Made by a program: the position numbers and the translations under genes. A stretch of DNA of 64,000 bases from an uncultured Alphaproteobacteria bacterium (GTDB lineage: Bacteria > Pseudomonadota > Alphaproteobacteria > Rs-D84): positions 2,770-66,769 of the forward strand of contig CAMOTP010000001.1 of assembly GCA_946625925.1 (NCBI GenBank). Direction: 5' to 3'. The notes below the pieces were generated by a model. The model did no database searches, had not been told where the DNA came from, and saw nothing but the letters and a program-made list of their open reading frames with translations. Numbering within the stretch: position 1 is the first letter of the stretch; each line of letters begins with the position of its first letter. This document shows positions 19,579 to 30,267 of the stretch, one piece after another.

Positions 19579-21195
19579 TTACATCATTCCTGGCATGCCG
19601 GCTGGCATTTTTGCATCTGATTTTTCTTCGGGAATTTCAGACATTACAGCTCCCGTTGTCAGCATTACACCAGCGGTGCTGGATGCCGCCATAATAGCAG
19701 TTTTGACAACTTTGGCAGGGTCAATAATACCAGCCTTCATCATATCGACATATTCTGCTGTCTGGGCATTGTATCCAAAATTGTAATCTTTGGCTTCGGA
19801 TACTTTGCCAACAACAATTTCACCAGATACACCTGCGTTTTCGGCAATTTGTGCACATGGTGCAACAATGGCACGACGAACAATATCAATACCAACATTT
19901 TGATCTGTATTATCGCCAGTCAATTTTTCTAATGCTGCAACAGCACGAACCAATGCAACACCGCCACCTGCAACAATACCATCAGCGACAGCCGCGCGTG
20001 TTGCAGCCAATGCATCATCAACACGATCTTTCTTTTCTTTTACCTCTACCTCGGTCATACCTCCGACCTTGATAACGGCAACACCGCCAACCAATTTGGC
20101 AAGTCTTTCAGACAATTTTTCACGTTCGTATTCGCTGGTTGTTGTGGACAGTAATTGACGGATTTCGTCGGCACGTGCATTTATTTTGTTTTTGTCGCCA
20201 CCGCCATGTGCCAACAATGTTGTATCTTTGCTGACAACAACTTTTTTAGCGGTTCCCAATACGTCCATAGATATATTTTCGAACGTCATACCCATATCAT
20301 CGGAAATGACTGTTGCACCAGTTACAATAGCGATATCTTTTAACATTTCTTTGCGTCTGTCACCAAAACCTGGGGCTTTGACAGCACAAACTTTTAATCC
20401 GCCACGTAAACGGTTTAAAACCAATGTTGCTAATGCTTCGGATTCAACATCTTCGGCAATAATTAACAATGGACGACCGCTTTGGGCGATTGGTTCCAAA
20501 ATTGGTAATAAGGATTGCAAGCCAGAAATCTTTTTTTCAGAAACCAAAATTTGTGCGTTGTCTAATTCTGCCAACATTTTTTCGCTGTTTGTGACAAAGT
20601 AAGGTGACATAAATCCTTGGTCGAATTGCATACCTTCGACAACATCAATTTCTGTATCCAAACCTTTGGCTTCTTCGACGGTGATAACACCTTCGCGGCC
20701 AACACGTGCCATTGCATCGGCTATTTTTGCACCGATATCACTATCGCCATTAGCAGAAATTGTTGCAACCTGGGCGATTTCGCTGCTGTCTTTGACTGGG
20801 CGTGCATGTTTTTCAACATCTGCAACGACCGCAGCAGTGGCAATATCAATTCCGCGTTTGATATCCATAGGATTCATTCCTGCGGCAATTACACGACGAC
20901 CTTCGTGAATTATTTTTTGTGCCAATACTGTCGCTGTTGTTGTGCCATCACCTGCATCATCACCGGCTTTCTTTGCAACTTCTTGGACCATACGGGCACC
21001 AATGTTTTCAGTTGGATCTTTTAAGGAAACTGCCTTGGCAACGGTAACACCGTCTTTGGTTGCAGTTGGGGCACCATATGGTTTATCAATTACAACGGTG
21101 CGTCCTTTGGGACCCATAGTGATTTTTACGGCATTTGCCAGTTTGTCAACACCGGCTGCCATTTTATCTGTGTCAAAAACAATATCTTTTGCCAT
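19579..21195 (-). CDS. groL: chaperonin GroEL (Cpn60)
   Basis: 538 aa; signatures AAVEEGIVAGGG (here [13 protein letters not shown]) and C-terminal GGM-like PAGMPGMM. Confidence 0.95.
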   Translation of the reverse strand: MAKDIVFDTDKMAAGVDKLANAVKITMGPKGRTVVIDKPYGAPTATKDGVTVAKAVSLKDPTENIGARMVQEVAKKAGDDAGDGTTTATVLAQKIIHEGRRVIAAGMNPMDIKRGIDIATAAVVADVEKHARPVKDSSEIAQVATISANGDSDIGAKIADAMARVGREGVITVEEAKGLDTEIDVVEGMQFDQGFMSPYFVTNSEKMLAELDNAQILVSEKKISGLQSLLPILEPIAQSGRPLLIIAEDVESEALATLVLNRLRGGLKVCAVKAPGFGDRRKEMLKDIAIVTGATVISDDMGMTFENISMDVLGTAKKVVVSKDTTLLAHGGGDKNKINARADEIRQLLSTTTSEYEREKLSERLAKLVGGVAVIKVGGMTEVEVKEKKDRVDDALAATRAAVADGIVAGGGVALVRAVAALEKLTGDNTDQNVGIDIVRRAIVAPCAQIAENAGVSGEIVVGKVSEAKDYNFGYNAQTAEYVDMMKAGIIDPAKVVKTAIMAASSTAGVMLTTGAVMSEIPEEKSDAKMPAGMPGMM

Positions 21196-21208
21196 TTTTA
21201 TTGTCCTT

Positions 21209-21496
21209 TTATTTTAAAATTCCTAGTACATCTGATTCTTTGATTAATACATAATCTTGACCATCAATTTTTACCTCGTTTATTGATGCTGCCCATTTTG
21301 CAAACATAACAACATCACCAACAGCCACGGTCATTGGTACACGATTGCCGTTTTGTAATTCGCCATCGCCAACAGCAACCACACGACCACAAACAGGTTT
21401 TTCTTTGGCTGTATCTGGGATAATTATTCCACCAGCGGTTTTGTTTTCTTCGGGAATTCTTTCCATTAAAATATAATTATTCAAAGGTTTAAACAT
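21209..21496 (-). CDS. groS: co-chaperonin GroES (Cpn10)
   Basis: Internal start [13 protein letters not shown]...[13 protein letters not shown] with GGAG RBS; upstream in-frame extension rejected. Confidence 0.9.
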   Translation of the reverse strand: MFKPLNNYILMERIPEENKTAGGIIIPDTAKEKPVCGRVVAVGDGELQNGNRVPMTVAVGDVVMFAKWAASINEVKIDGQDYVLIKESDVLGILK

Positions 21497-21625
21497 AAAT
21501 AAACTCCTATTAAAATATAGCCTTGGTCGGCTGTAATCCCAATATAGTGCAAACAAATTGTATTTCAAGGTTGTTTTTATGTAAAAAAAATGTCATACTG
21601 GGTACGAAAAATAAAAGGATTTATT

Positions 21626-21973
21626 ATGTATGATGTAAATAATGTTTTTGCCAAGATTTTACGCGATGAAATTCCCAGTAAACGCGTTTTTGAAAATGAA
21701 TATGCAATTGCTTTCCAAAATATTGAACCACGTGCAAAAACGCATGTTTTGGTTATTCCACGTGGTGAGTATACTGATATATACGATTTTACAACCCGTG
21801 CATCACAAGAAGTTCAAACTGGTTTTTGGCATGCGGTGACAGAAACGGCCGACGTGCTGGGGATTAATGGTAATTTCCGTATTGTTGCAAATACTGGTGC
21901 TGGGGCGGGGCAATCTGTATTTCATTTCCATGTACATTTAATGAGTGATGCAAAATTCAAAACAGATTTTTAA
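21626..21973 (+). CDS. HIT-family (histidine triad) protein
   Basis: C-terminal HFHVHLM motif (HxHxHxx); AAAAGGA RBS before ATG 21626. Confidence 0.8.
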   Translation: MYDVNNVFAKILRDEIPSKRVFENEYAIAFQNIEPRAKTHVLVIPRGEYTDIYDFTTRASQEVQTGFWHAVTETADVLGINGNFRIVANTGAGAGQSVFHFHVHLMSDAKFKTDF

Positions 21974-22181
21974 TGTCCGTGTTATACCACGTGCACGTGT
22001 GAATTCCATTACGGCCGATGCTGATGGTACTTTGCGTGTGCACACAACAACGGCACCAACAGATGGTAAGGCCAATGATGCGGTAATTCGTGCTTTGGCA
22101 GAATTTTGGGGTGTTCCGCGTTCATGCGTTCGTATAATTCGTGGTCAGACCTCGCACAATAAAGTGGTCGAAAAGTTATAA
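21945..22181 (+). CDS. DUF167/YggU-like small protein
   Basis: ...VRVIPRARVNSI...DGTLRVHTTTAPTDGKANDAVIRALAEFWGV matches YggU fold; start uncertain (overlaps HIT 3' end). Confidence 0.55.
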   Translation: MMQNSKQIFNVRVIPRARVNSITADADGTLRVHTTTAPTDGKANDAVIRALAEFWGVPRSCVRIIRGQTSHNKVVEKL

Positions 22182-22202
22182 AATTTTTATAACGGTTGTT
22201 TT

Positions 22203-22754
22203 TTAGTATTCTAATAACTTTTTTATTAAACCGTCTGGGGTGTTGTCTGCATATATTATATACGAATGGATGTCTTTGATAAATCCACATTCTTGCATGT
22301 GTACAAATAAACGGCTGAATGGTCGCCAAAAATTATTTGTATTTAAGAAAAATAATGGTTTTTTTGTTTCGCCAATTTGTTGCATTGTTAAAATGTCTGT
22401 TAATTCGTTTAATGTGCCCAGTCCGCCTGGTAAAATTATAAAGGCATCAGATTCATTAAACATTTCTGTTTTTCTTTCGTTTATAGAATCTGTCATACGT
22501 AATTCAATTTCTGTGTGAATAGGTTCTTGGAGTGCTGCAATATGTTTTGTTGATACACCCAGAATTGTACCGCCATTATCCAAAGCCGCGTTACATACAG
22601 TCCCCATTAAACCAACGTTGCCACCACCAAATATTAATTTTAAATTGTTTTGTGCTAATAATTCACCAATTCTTGCAGCATCGCGGGTGTATTGTGGGTC
22701 GGAACCGTATTCGTGGCCACAATATACCGCGACAGAATTTATATTCCGTTTCAT
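22203..22754 (-). CDS. LOG-family cytokinin riboside 5'-monophosphate phosphoribohydrolase-like protein
   Basis: PGGLGTLNEL motif; GGGNVGLMG; 183 aa. Confidence 0.8.
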   Translation of the reverse strand: MKRNINSVAVYCGHEYGSDPQYTRDAARIGELLAQNNLKLIFGGGNVGLMGTVCNAALDNGGTILGVSTKHIAALQEPIHTEIELRMTDSINERKTEMFNESDAFIILPGGLGTLNELTDILTMQQIGETKKPLFFLNTNNFWRPFSRLFVHMQECGFIKDIHSYIIYADNTPDGLIKKLLEY

Positions 22755-22804
22755 TGTGTCTTTTTCCTTTATTTTTTGAAATTATATCATAAAATGTGCT
22801 TGTT

Positions 22805-23779
22805 ATGAATCAAAAGTTTGTAGATTATATGCAAAAGTTTATAGGTAAAAAATTAGCCGTTGCAGTTAGTGGCGGTATCGATTCTATATGCTTGTTGCAT
22901 TGGTGTAAATTAGTTGGTATGAATATTGTCGCGTTGCATGTTAATCATGGATTGCGTGCCGCGGCAAGTGTTGAAACACAATATGTTTGTGATTTATGTA
23001 AAAATTTAGGTGTGCCGTGTAAAATTTTTTATTGGACAGGTGAAAAACCGACAGCCGGGTTAGAAAATGCTGCGCGCGAGGCACGTTATAAGATGATGAC
23101 AGATTTTTGTCATGAAAACAATATTGATGCGTTATTGGTGGCACACCAGGCAGACGATCAAATCGAGACATTTTTGATGAATTTGGGACGTGGCAGTGGT
23201 TTGTATGGTTTGGCGGCCATGCGTCGTGAAACGGTACGTGATGGTGTAAAAATTGTTCGACCGTTGTTGGATGTGTCGCGTAAAGAGTTACGCACATGGT
23301 GTGATGATAATAATGTGAAATATTTTATTGATGAAATGAATTCAGATCCACATTATACCAGGGTGAAAATCCGTCAAAATAGGTATTTGTTGGATGAAAA
23401 AATGGGTATTTCAGATAACAGAATTTTATTGGCTATTGAAAATTTGGGACGCCTGCGTGATAAATTAGAGGCAGATGTTGAAGATTTGGTTCAATCTGTG
23501 GTTGATGGTAAGCGTGCTGTGTTTTCAGATGTTTTTCTATTTGACCTGAGTGGTGATATTAGGCTAAAGTTTATTGGTACACTTATTCAGACAATAGGGG
23601 GGGATAAGTATCCGCCACGCTTGAATTCTTTGGCGGCTGCACTATCTAGATTACAGGCAAATTGCAAATTTACCCTGGGACATTGTACCTTACGTCGTTT
23701 GAATGACAAAATTTTGGTCGTACCCGAAGGTGAAAAAACAACGTTTAGGAAAAGAAGACATGAAAAACAACATATTTAA
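22805..23779 (+). CDS. tilS: tRNA(Ile)-lysidine synthetase
   Basis: PP-loop LAVAVSGGIDS; listed ORF starts on GTG at 22796, ATG at 22805 (MNQKF). Confidence 0.8.
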   Translation: MNQKFVDYMQKFIGKKLAVAVSGGIDSICLLHWCKLVGMNIVALHVNHGLRAAASVETQYVCDLCKNLGVPCKIFYWTGEKPTAGLENAAREARYKMMTDFCHENNIDALLVAHQADDQIETFLMNLGRGSGLYGLAAMRRETVRDGVKIVRPLLDVSRKELRTWCDDNNVKYFIDEMNSDPHYTRVKIRQNRYLLDEKMGISDNRILLAIENLGRLRDKLEADVEDLVQSVVDGKRAVFSDVFLFDLSGDIRLKFIGTLIQTIGGDKYPPRLNSLAAALSRLQANCKFTLGHCTLRRLNDKILVVPEGEKTTFRKRRHEKQHI

Positions 23780-25691
23780 GAAAGGCGCGTCTGCAAACTG
23801 GTTTTTAGGGCTGTTTGTGGTTTTATTTTTTGTAATGGTGGCACGTGTATTATTTATTGGTACAAGTGATGTGAGTGTGCCAGGTTTAAAATCGGCAGAT
23901 AATCAGGTAACAGTGGTCAGTGATAAACCTGTCGTGTTGACTTTTTCTGATGTTTTACGCAGGGCCGAAGATATAAAAAGTATAAATATTCGTGAAAATG
24001 ATGCCACAGGTGTTTTGAAAGATGGTACCAAATTTAAATCTGTTATTAGTTATGATCCTGAATTTTTGACAAAATTGTCAGAAAAAGGTGCGGTTGTTTC
24101 TATTGATTCATCGAAAAGTACATTGGATGTTTTGGGAACTTGGTTGCCAATAATATTGACATTGCTATTTATATTCTGGATTTTCCGCGGATTACGTGGT
24201 GGTGCCGGTGGGGGACTCAGCCGGACTTTATTAGCCCAAAATCCAACCAAGGTGACAACAGGTAAACCCAAAACAACCTTTGCGGATGTGGCAGGAATTG
24301 ATGCAGAAAAACAAGAGTTGATGGAAATAGTGGAATTTTTAAAGCACAAGGATAAATTCAAAGCATTGGGTGCACGTGTGCCACGCGGTGTTTTATTAGC
24401 AGGTGAACCAGGAACCGGAAAAACGTTATTGGCGCGTGCAATTGCAGGCGAGGCGAATGTCCCGTTTTTTGCAACATCGGGGAGTGATTTTTCGGGTATT
24501 ATCGTTGGATTAGGGGTCGCAAAAATAAAAGAAATGTTTGAAATGGCAAAACGAAATGCACCCTGTATTTTGTTTATTGATGAAATAGATGCTATTGGTC
24601 AAAAACGTAGTTCGCATTCCTTTAATGACCAGGACAGGGAACAAACTTTGAATCAGTTATTGATAGAAATGGATGGATTTGCAAATGAAACAGGTATTAT
24701 TGTGATAGGTGCAACAAATCGTCCGGATATGTTGGATACAGCACTGTTGCGTCCAGGCCGTTTTGATAGACAGGTGCAGATTGAATTGCCGGATTTGGCA
24801 GGTCGAGATGCCATTTTAAATTTGCATGCTAAAAAATTCAAAATTGCAGAAAGTGTTCAATTGAAAGATGTCGCCAGGGGGACAACGGGATTTTCTGGTG
24901 CAGATTTGGAAAATTTATTGAACGAGGGTGCGTTGCATGCTGTTCGTGCAGGTCATAAAGCCGTAGAACAATCTGATTTGGATGAAGCGCGTGATAAAAT
25001 TTTGATGGGACCCAAGAAAAATCGCAAGATGCGTCCCCAGGATATTAAATTAACTGCATATCACGAGGCGGGACATGCGTTCGTAAGTATGACTTATTCT
25101 GATGTGACGGACCCGATACACAAGGCGACAATTGTTCCGCGTGGACGTGCGTTGGGTATGGTGCAGCATTTACCTATTGATGATAAAGTATCTATGACAT
25201 TGGCCGAGGTGCGGGCTAATTTAGCTGTGGATTTGGCTGGTCGTGCGGCCGAGGAAATATTCTTTGGTGCTGATAAAATTACAACTGGTGCGGAAAGTGA
25301 TATTGAGATGGCAACCAGATTGGCACGTTATTCAATTACTACGGCTGGTTTGTCACCAAAATTGGGGTTGGCTGCAATAAAGCAGATGGCTTCATTTGGA
25401 ACGCGTGGTCAGTTAGAAAATGCATCTGAACAGACAGCGCAAATGGTCGATGCGGAAATTAGAAATTGGCTGGATAAGGCACATGCTGATGCTGTTAAAA
25501 TTTTAACTAAAAATAAGAAAACTGTGGAAAAATTGGCAGACGAATTGTTAAAGCGTGAAACTTTGACCGGCGAAGAAATCAAAGAAATTGTGTTCGGTAA
25601 GAAAAAATCTGAAACACATGCAAAGGTAAAAAAAGAAACAAAAAAGGTTTCCAGTCGTGTTACAGCAGGACGCAAAAAATCAACAAAATAA
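23760..25691 (+). CDS. ftsH: ATP-dependent zinc metalloprotease FtsH
   Basis: TM N-terminus, AAA Walker A GEPGTGKT, SRH, HEAGHA zinc motif; overlaps tilS 3' end. Confidence 0.95.
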   Translation: MKNNIFKKGASANWFLGLFVVLFFVMVARVLFIGTSDVSVPGLKSADNQVTVVSDKPVVLTFSDVLRRAEDIKSINIRENDATGVLKDGTKFKSVISYDPEFLTKLSEKGAVVSIDSSKSTLDVLGTWLPIILTLLFIFWIFRGLRGGAGGGLSRTLLAQNPTKVTTGKPKTTFADVAGIDAEKQELMEIVEFLKHKDKFKALGARVPRGVLLAGEPGTGKTLLARAIAGEANVPFFATSGSDFSGIIVGLGVAKIKEMFEMAKRNAPCILFIDEIDAIGQKRSSHSFNDQDREQTLNQLLIEMDGFANETGIIVIGATNRPDMLDTALLRPGRFDRQVQIELPDLAGRDAILNLHAKKFKIAESVQLKDVARGTTGFSGADLENLLNEGALHAVRAGHKAVEQSDLDEARDKILMGPKKNRKMRPQDIKLTAYHEAGHAFVSMTYSDVTDPIHKATIVPRGRALGMVQHLPIDDKVSMTLAEVRANLAVDLAGRAAEEIFFGADKITTGAESDIEMATRLARYSITTAGLSPKLGLAAIKQMASFGTRGQLENASEQTAQMVDAEIRNWLDKAHADAVKILTKNKKTVEKLADELLKRETLTGEEIKEIVFGKKKSETHAKVKKETKKVSSRVTAGRKKSTK

Positions 25692-25716
25692 CAATGTGCA
25701 ATTCGAGTTGTTGCAT

Positions 25717-26325
25717 ATGGCACCGGAATTTACGAATTCTGTTCTGGTGTTTTGTGGTGATGATTGTGTGATTTTTGATGCGTGGGGACGGGCAGACGAT
25801 TGGATGCGATTGTTAAAAAGCCGTGGATTGAATTTAAAGGCTATTTATTCTACGCATGGACATCCTGATCATATTGTGGCTGCGCCAGATTTGGTGTTTG
25901 CAACAGGTGCACGGTGGTTTTTAAATAGTGCTGATTTTGGTTTGTTGGGCTGGGGAAATGAAATTCTGCAAGAATTTGGGTTAAAACCAATTACACCTGG
26001 GATTGTGCCGGATGCATTGGTCGTTGATAAAATAGAAATACTGCCGAATGTTTTTGTGGATGTGATTTCAATGCCAGGACATTCTATGGGATCGGTTGCG
26101 TTTTATTTTGCAAATATGGGTTTGTGTTTGGTTGGAGATTCTATATTTTCTGATTCTGTGGGGCGAACAGATTTGCCTGGGGGCGATATGCATTTGTTGC
26201 AACAATCTATATCCAGGTTTTATAGTTTGAATTTGCCAGATTATACAACAGTTATCCCTGGACATGGCGATATAACAACAATTCAAAATTTAAAAGAAAC
26301 CAATCCTTGGTTTAAGTTGGGGTAA
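25717..26325 (+). CDS. MBL-fold metallo-hydrolase (glyoxalase II-like)
   Basis: THGHPDH motif (HxHxDH); start could be 25657. Confidence 0.65.
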   Translation: MAPEFTNSVLVFCGDDCVIFDAWGRADDWMRLLKSRGLNLKAIYSTHGHPDHIVAAPDLVFATGARWFLNSADFGLLGWGNEILQEFGLKPITPGIVPDALVVDKIEILPNVFVDVISMPGHSMGSVAFYFANMGLCLVGDSIFSDSVGRTDLPGGDMHLLQQSISRFYSLNLPDYTTVIPGHGDITTIQNLKETNPWFKLG

Positions 26326-26330
26326 TATCG

Positions 26331-27104
26331 TTATATATTTTCAAATATTAAAACACGAACAATTCCACCCAAATCAGTTGCAGAATTTACAAATTTCCAA
26401 TTTTCATGTTCAAAAATTTTTTGAACGTCGGATTCCATATCAATCCCAATTTCTATATAAATACGTCCACAATTTTTTAACCAATTTTTTGCGTTTTTTG
26501 CGATGTGTTCGTATGCGGATAGTCCATTATTTTTTGCAAATAGTGCCATTTTTGGGTCATGCATCGCCCCACAATCGACACGAGTATCATCAGGTGCAAT
26601 GTATGGTGGGTTTGATACAATTACATCAAAAGTTTTATTTGGTAAAATTGTTGGATTTTCAAAATCACCACGTTTTATAATTATTTTGTCGTTCAAGTTT
26701 AATGTTTTTATATTTCTATGTGCCACATGTAATGCACGAAATGATTTTTCCAGTGCAACACCAGATGCATTTATATTTTTTGCAATAGCGCAAATTATAC
26801 AGCCTGTTCCTGTTCCCAGGTCCGCGATTTCAATATGTTTTGCACGTTTATAATCGTTGATGACACACGCAACCAATGTTTCTGTATCAGGTCGCGGGTC
26901 CAGAGTATATTTGTTTGTATAAAATTTTAATCCATAAAACCATTTATTATGGATTATTTTTGCAACAGGCACATTTGCACGTAGTTGACGTGATATGTAC
27001 CATAATTTTAATCTGGACATATTAGGTATGGCATCGGTAATAATTCTGGCAATATGTGGTCCAGATATTTTTGATAAAATTGTGAATGCTTGATTTGTTG
27101 TCAT
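26331..27104 (-). CDS. prmC: release factor glutamine N5-methyltransferase (HemK/PrmC)
   Basis: DLGTGTGCI SAM motif and NPPY; 257 aa. Confidence 0.8.
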   Translation of the reverse strand: MTTNQAFTILSKISGPHIARIITDAIPNMSRLKLWYISRQLRANVPVAKIIHNKWFYGLKFYTNKYTLDPRPDTETLVACVINDYKRAKHIEIADLGTGTGCIICAIAKNINASGVALEKSFRALHVAHRNIKTLNLNDKIIIKRGDFENPTILPNKTFDVIVSNPPYIAPDDTRVDCGAMHDPKMALFAKNNGLSAYEHIAKNAKNWLKNCGRIYIEIGIDMESDVQKIFEHENWKFVNSATDLGGIVRVLIFENI

Positions 27105-27125
27105 AAATTTATTATAATACGGGTT

Positions 27126-28388
27126 ATGAAAAAAGTAAAAGAATATCTGAATACAAATGTATTAACCAAGATTGTTATCGCGTTGGCGGTTTTGTTGACG
27201 TTGGTTGCTTTGTTTTTGCTTATCACGCGCAGTGCACCGATTTCCGGGGATAAAGATTTCAATTCTGATAGTTGCAAAACGGTTGTTGTTGTATCGGCTG
27301 GTGACACATTGTCAGGATTGCTGTCCAAGCAGGGATTGTCACATAATCAGATAAATGAAATTGTTAAGGTATTAAAATCTGGGGCTGGGATTACAGGTTT
27401 GCGTGCAGATAGGGATAAAATTGAATTTTTGCGTAATAATGACGAATCGCCTGTAAATAAAATAGTTGTTATTCCATCGCCATGGCGTCAGGTCGAATTG
27501 ACTTGTGATAATGCTGGTGCATGGAAATGCAATACCATTGATATAGAACGTGATACCCGTGCAGTGTATAAATCAGGTGTGATTTTAGATGGGGATAGTT
27601 TTTATTTGGCTGGAATGCGTGCAGGAATTCCTGCTGGAATTTTGGCAGATGTTTATGATTTGTTGGCTTTTGAAATGGACTTTGAACGTGATGTTCGGGC
27701 CGGACAAAAGTTTTCTGTATTATACGAAGAAAATTTTTCATCAGGTGCCAAGGTTGATAATGGTAATGTGTTGGCCGTTTCTTTTGATGCGTTGCGTGGT
27801 AATGTCAAAATGTATCGTTTCAAAAAGAAAGATGGTACGACTGGATATTATGATGAAAAGGGTAATGGGGCAATTAAGTCTTTGAAGAGAACGCCTATTA
27901 ATAATGCAAAAGTGACCAGTAGTTTTTCAACCAGACGTAAACATCCTGTGTTGGGATTTACACGTGCACACAAAGGTGTTGATTTCCGTGCTGCAACGGG
28001 AACACCAATTCCGGCAGCTGGGGCGGGGCGCGTTGTTAAACGTGGTTATAATAGTGGACATGGTAATTTTGTTCGTATTCGTCATAATGGATCTTTTGAA
28101 ACATTATATGCACATATGTCAAAATTTAAAAGTGGGGTTAATGTTGGTACCACTGTTCGTCAGGGACAAACAATAGGATTTGTTGGATCAACAGGATTAT
28201 CTACGGGGCCACACTTGCATTACGAAATTATCAAAGATGGCAAGCATGTAAATCCTTTGACGGTAAAATTGCCTGCGATAAACAATTTGGACGAGGCTAA
28301 CAAGACAAAATTTTTAGAATATCGTCATGCATTAGATGAAGGAATCGAATATTTAAGTGAACATCCAAATATGTTTATTGTGTTGTAA
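27126..28388 (+). CDS. M23 family peptidase (LytM/NlpD-like) with N-terminal TM anchor
   Basis: C-terminal HKGVDF..., GSTGLSTGPHLHYE (HxH) motifs. Confidence 0.8.
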   Translation: MKKVKEYLNTNVLTKIVIALAVLLTLVALFLLITRSAPISGDKDFNSDSCKTVVVVSAGDTLSGLLSKQGLSHNQINEIVKVLKSGAGITGLRADRDKIEFLRNNDESPVNKIVVIPSPWRQVELTCDNAGAWKCNTIDIERDTRAVYKSGVILDGDSFYLAGMRAGIPAGILADVYDLLAFEMDFERDVRAGQKFSVLYEENFSSGAKVDNGNVLAVSFDALRGNVKMYRFKKKDGTTGYYDEKGNGAIKSLKRTPINNAKVTSSFSTRRKHPVLGFTRAHKGVDFRAATGTPIPAAGAGRVVKRGYNSGHGNFVRIRHNGSFETLYAHMSKFKSGVNVGTTVRQGQTIGFVGSTGLSTGPHLHYEIIKDGKHVNPLTVKLPAINNLDEANKTKFLEYRHALDEGIEYLSEHPNMFIVL

Positions 28389-28392
28389 TTTA

Positions 28393-28417
28393 ATCCCGCA
28401 AAAGCGGGATTTTTTTT
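28393..28417 (+). terminator. rho-independent terminator
   Basis: ATCCCGCAAAAGCGGGAT + T7. Confidence 0.75.
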
Positions 28418-28485
28418 AAGAATATGTGCCTGTGGTATGCATAAGTGGTGTGTTGTATAATTCAAAGTATAAAAAGGGGGAATTA

Positions 28486-28968
28486 ATGAAATCTTTTTTT
28501 ACTTTAGTTATAGCAATACTTATTTCTTTTATTCCAGGTGCAATAGGGGTATTGTTTACCCCGGTAACTGGACATACAGACATGTGGTTCAATTCTTTGA
28601 CCCAATCTGCACTGACACCGGCACCGATTGTGTTTAGTATTGCCTGGACCATACTTTATACTTTGTTGGGTATCGCGTTGTATTTGGTGTGGAAAACAAA
28701 GCGCGAAGATGCACGTGCGTGGGTTGGTGCGTCTGAATGGTTGTTCTTTTTCCAGATGGTATTAAACGCATTATGGAGTTATGTGTTCTTTGGTTTGCAC
28801 AGACCAATGTTAGCGGTGTTTGTGTTGGCGGGTTTAATTCTTGTCACGTTATATATGGCACGTGAATTTGAAAAAGTTAGTCGAGCAGCATACTTTTTAG
28901 TATGGCCATATATTGCATGGTTGTTGTTTGCGTTTTACCTAAATGGGGTTATTGCGTGTCTGAATTAA
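28486..28968 (+). CDS. tspO: TspO/MBR tryptophan-rich sensory protein
   Basis: Five-TM protein with W-rich segments (WSYVFFGLH, WPYIAWLLFA); RBS AAGGGGG. Confidence 0.8.
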   Translation: MKSFFTLVIAILISFIPGAIGVLFTPVTGHTDMWFNSLTQSALTPAPIVFSIAWTILYTLLGIALYLVWKTKREDARAWVGASEWLFFFQMVLNALWSYVFFGLHRPMLAVFVLAGLILVTLYMAREFEKVSRAAYFLVWPYIAWLLFAFYLNGVIACLN

Positions 28969-29300
28969 ATCTTTAAAATTTTTGTTTTGGCGTCGCCCAT
29001 GTTTAACCGTTTCAGTCCCAGTTCTTCGATGTAGTCGGGACTGTTTTTTTGGACTAAATCAATATGTTTTTGCAATTGTTCCAGTTTTGTTTGTTCTTGG
29101 ATTAATTGTTCTTGGGCGGAATTCAAACGCCATATGTTAACAATAAAACCTTGGAGTGTGGTTTTTCCTGTAAAGATACCAATAGACCAAAATACAGCTA
29201 CGATGGTTAAAAAAACACCGACCTTGCCATGAAAACCGGCAACCCATGCGCGACCCATAAATGCAAATAAATTTTTGATTTTCTCTTTCATACGTGTCAT
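28965..29300 (-). CDS. ftsB: septum formation initiator family protein (FtsB/DivIC-like)
   Basis: Single TM followed by coiled coil EQLIQEQTKLEQLQKHIDLVQ. Confidence 0.6.
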   Translation of the reverse strand: MTRMKEKIKNLFAFMGRAWVAGFHGKVGVFLTIVAVFWSIGIFTGKTTLQGFIVNIWRLNSAQEQLIQEQTKLEQLQKHIDLVQKNSPDYIEELGLKRLNMGDAKTKILKI

Positions 29301-29310
29301 TATATCATAA

Positions 29311-30231
29311 ATGTTTGAAAAAAATAATCTTTTTGTTGCACCTCTTGCTGGAATTACAGATAGACCGTTTCGGTCTATGGTGCGCCAGTTTTCGCCTGAT
29401 GTATCGTTGGTGACGGAAATGATTTCGTGTCATTCGTTGGTTGAACAACATAAAAATTGCCCAAGAAATTTTGATAGGTATGATGATGAAGGAAATATAG
29501 GAACACAAATTTTTGGCGCTGATGTTAATTTGATGGCTGATGCTGCACGAATTTTACAAGATAATGGCGCAAAATGGATTGATATAAATATGGGGTGCCC
29601 TGTGCCCAAGGTCGCAACGCGTGCTGGTGCAGGGGCTTTTTTAATGCGTAATCATAAATTAGCAGGGGATATTATGCGTGCAGTTGTGCGTGCAGTTGAT
29701 ATTCCTGTGTCTGTTAAAACAAGATTAGGTTGGGACAGTGCCAATGTTGATTGGCGTGAACTGGTGGATATTGCCGCAGATTCTGGGGTCGCATTTGTTG
29801 CTTTACATGGTCGGACACGTGCTGCTGGATATACGGGTGCTGCGGTACATCCAGATGTAAAAGATTGTCCGATACCTGTTATTGCCAATGGTGATATAAA
29901 AACACAGGACGATGTAATACAGATGGAAAAATTGGGGTATGCCGGGGTTATGGTTGGACGTGCTATGTTGGGTGCACCGTGGAAGTTAGAAGAAATTACA
30001 GGTGGCACAAAATCAATAGATTTAGGCAAGATTGTATTACAACATTTGAATTTGGTTATTGATTATTATGGTGCACGTACAGGTGTTCCTTTATTTAGAA
30101 AACATGCTGCGTGGTATTCTGCAGGATTGCCTGGTGCCAGTGCTTTTCGTGTGGCTGTTAATCAGATTACAGATGAAAAGGAATTAAAAGATAAAATATC
30201 TGAATTTTGGGGTTGCGTTGCGGAAATATAA
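29311..30231 (+). CDS. dusB: tRNA-dihydrouridine synthase (DusB-like)
   Basis: LAPLAGITDRPFR, INMGCP, conserved catalytic Cys region. Confidence 0.85.
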   Translation: MFEKNNLFVAPLAGITDRPFRSMVRQFSPDVSLVTEMISCHSLVEQHKNCPRNFDRYDDEGNIGTQIFGADVNLMADAARILQDNGAKWIDINMGCPVPKVATRAGAGAFLMRNHKLAGDIMRAVVRAVDIPVSVKTRLGWDSANVDWRELVDIAADSGVAFVALHGRTRAAGYTGAAVHPDVKDCPIPVIANGDIKTQDDVIQMEKLGYAGVMVGRAMLGAPWKLEEITGGTKSIDLGKIVLQHLNLVIDYYGARTGVPLFRKHAAWYSAGLPGASAFRVAVNQITDEKELKDKISEFWGCVAEI

Positions 30232-30267
30232 CGGTATCATATAGGTAAAACTAACTGTATCCAAAGG

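Noticed and set aside
19568-21217. Multiple antisense ORFs inside groEL (e.g. 20186..20602, 20617..21024, 20942..21217) and similar ones inside nifJ, uvrA and PBP1A (10119..10547, 33047..33421, 42135..42581)
   Set aside because: They lie opposite strongly supported conserved genes, have no RBS and show biased, repetitive composition. They are typical shadow ORFs.
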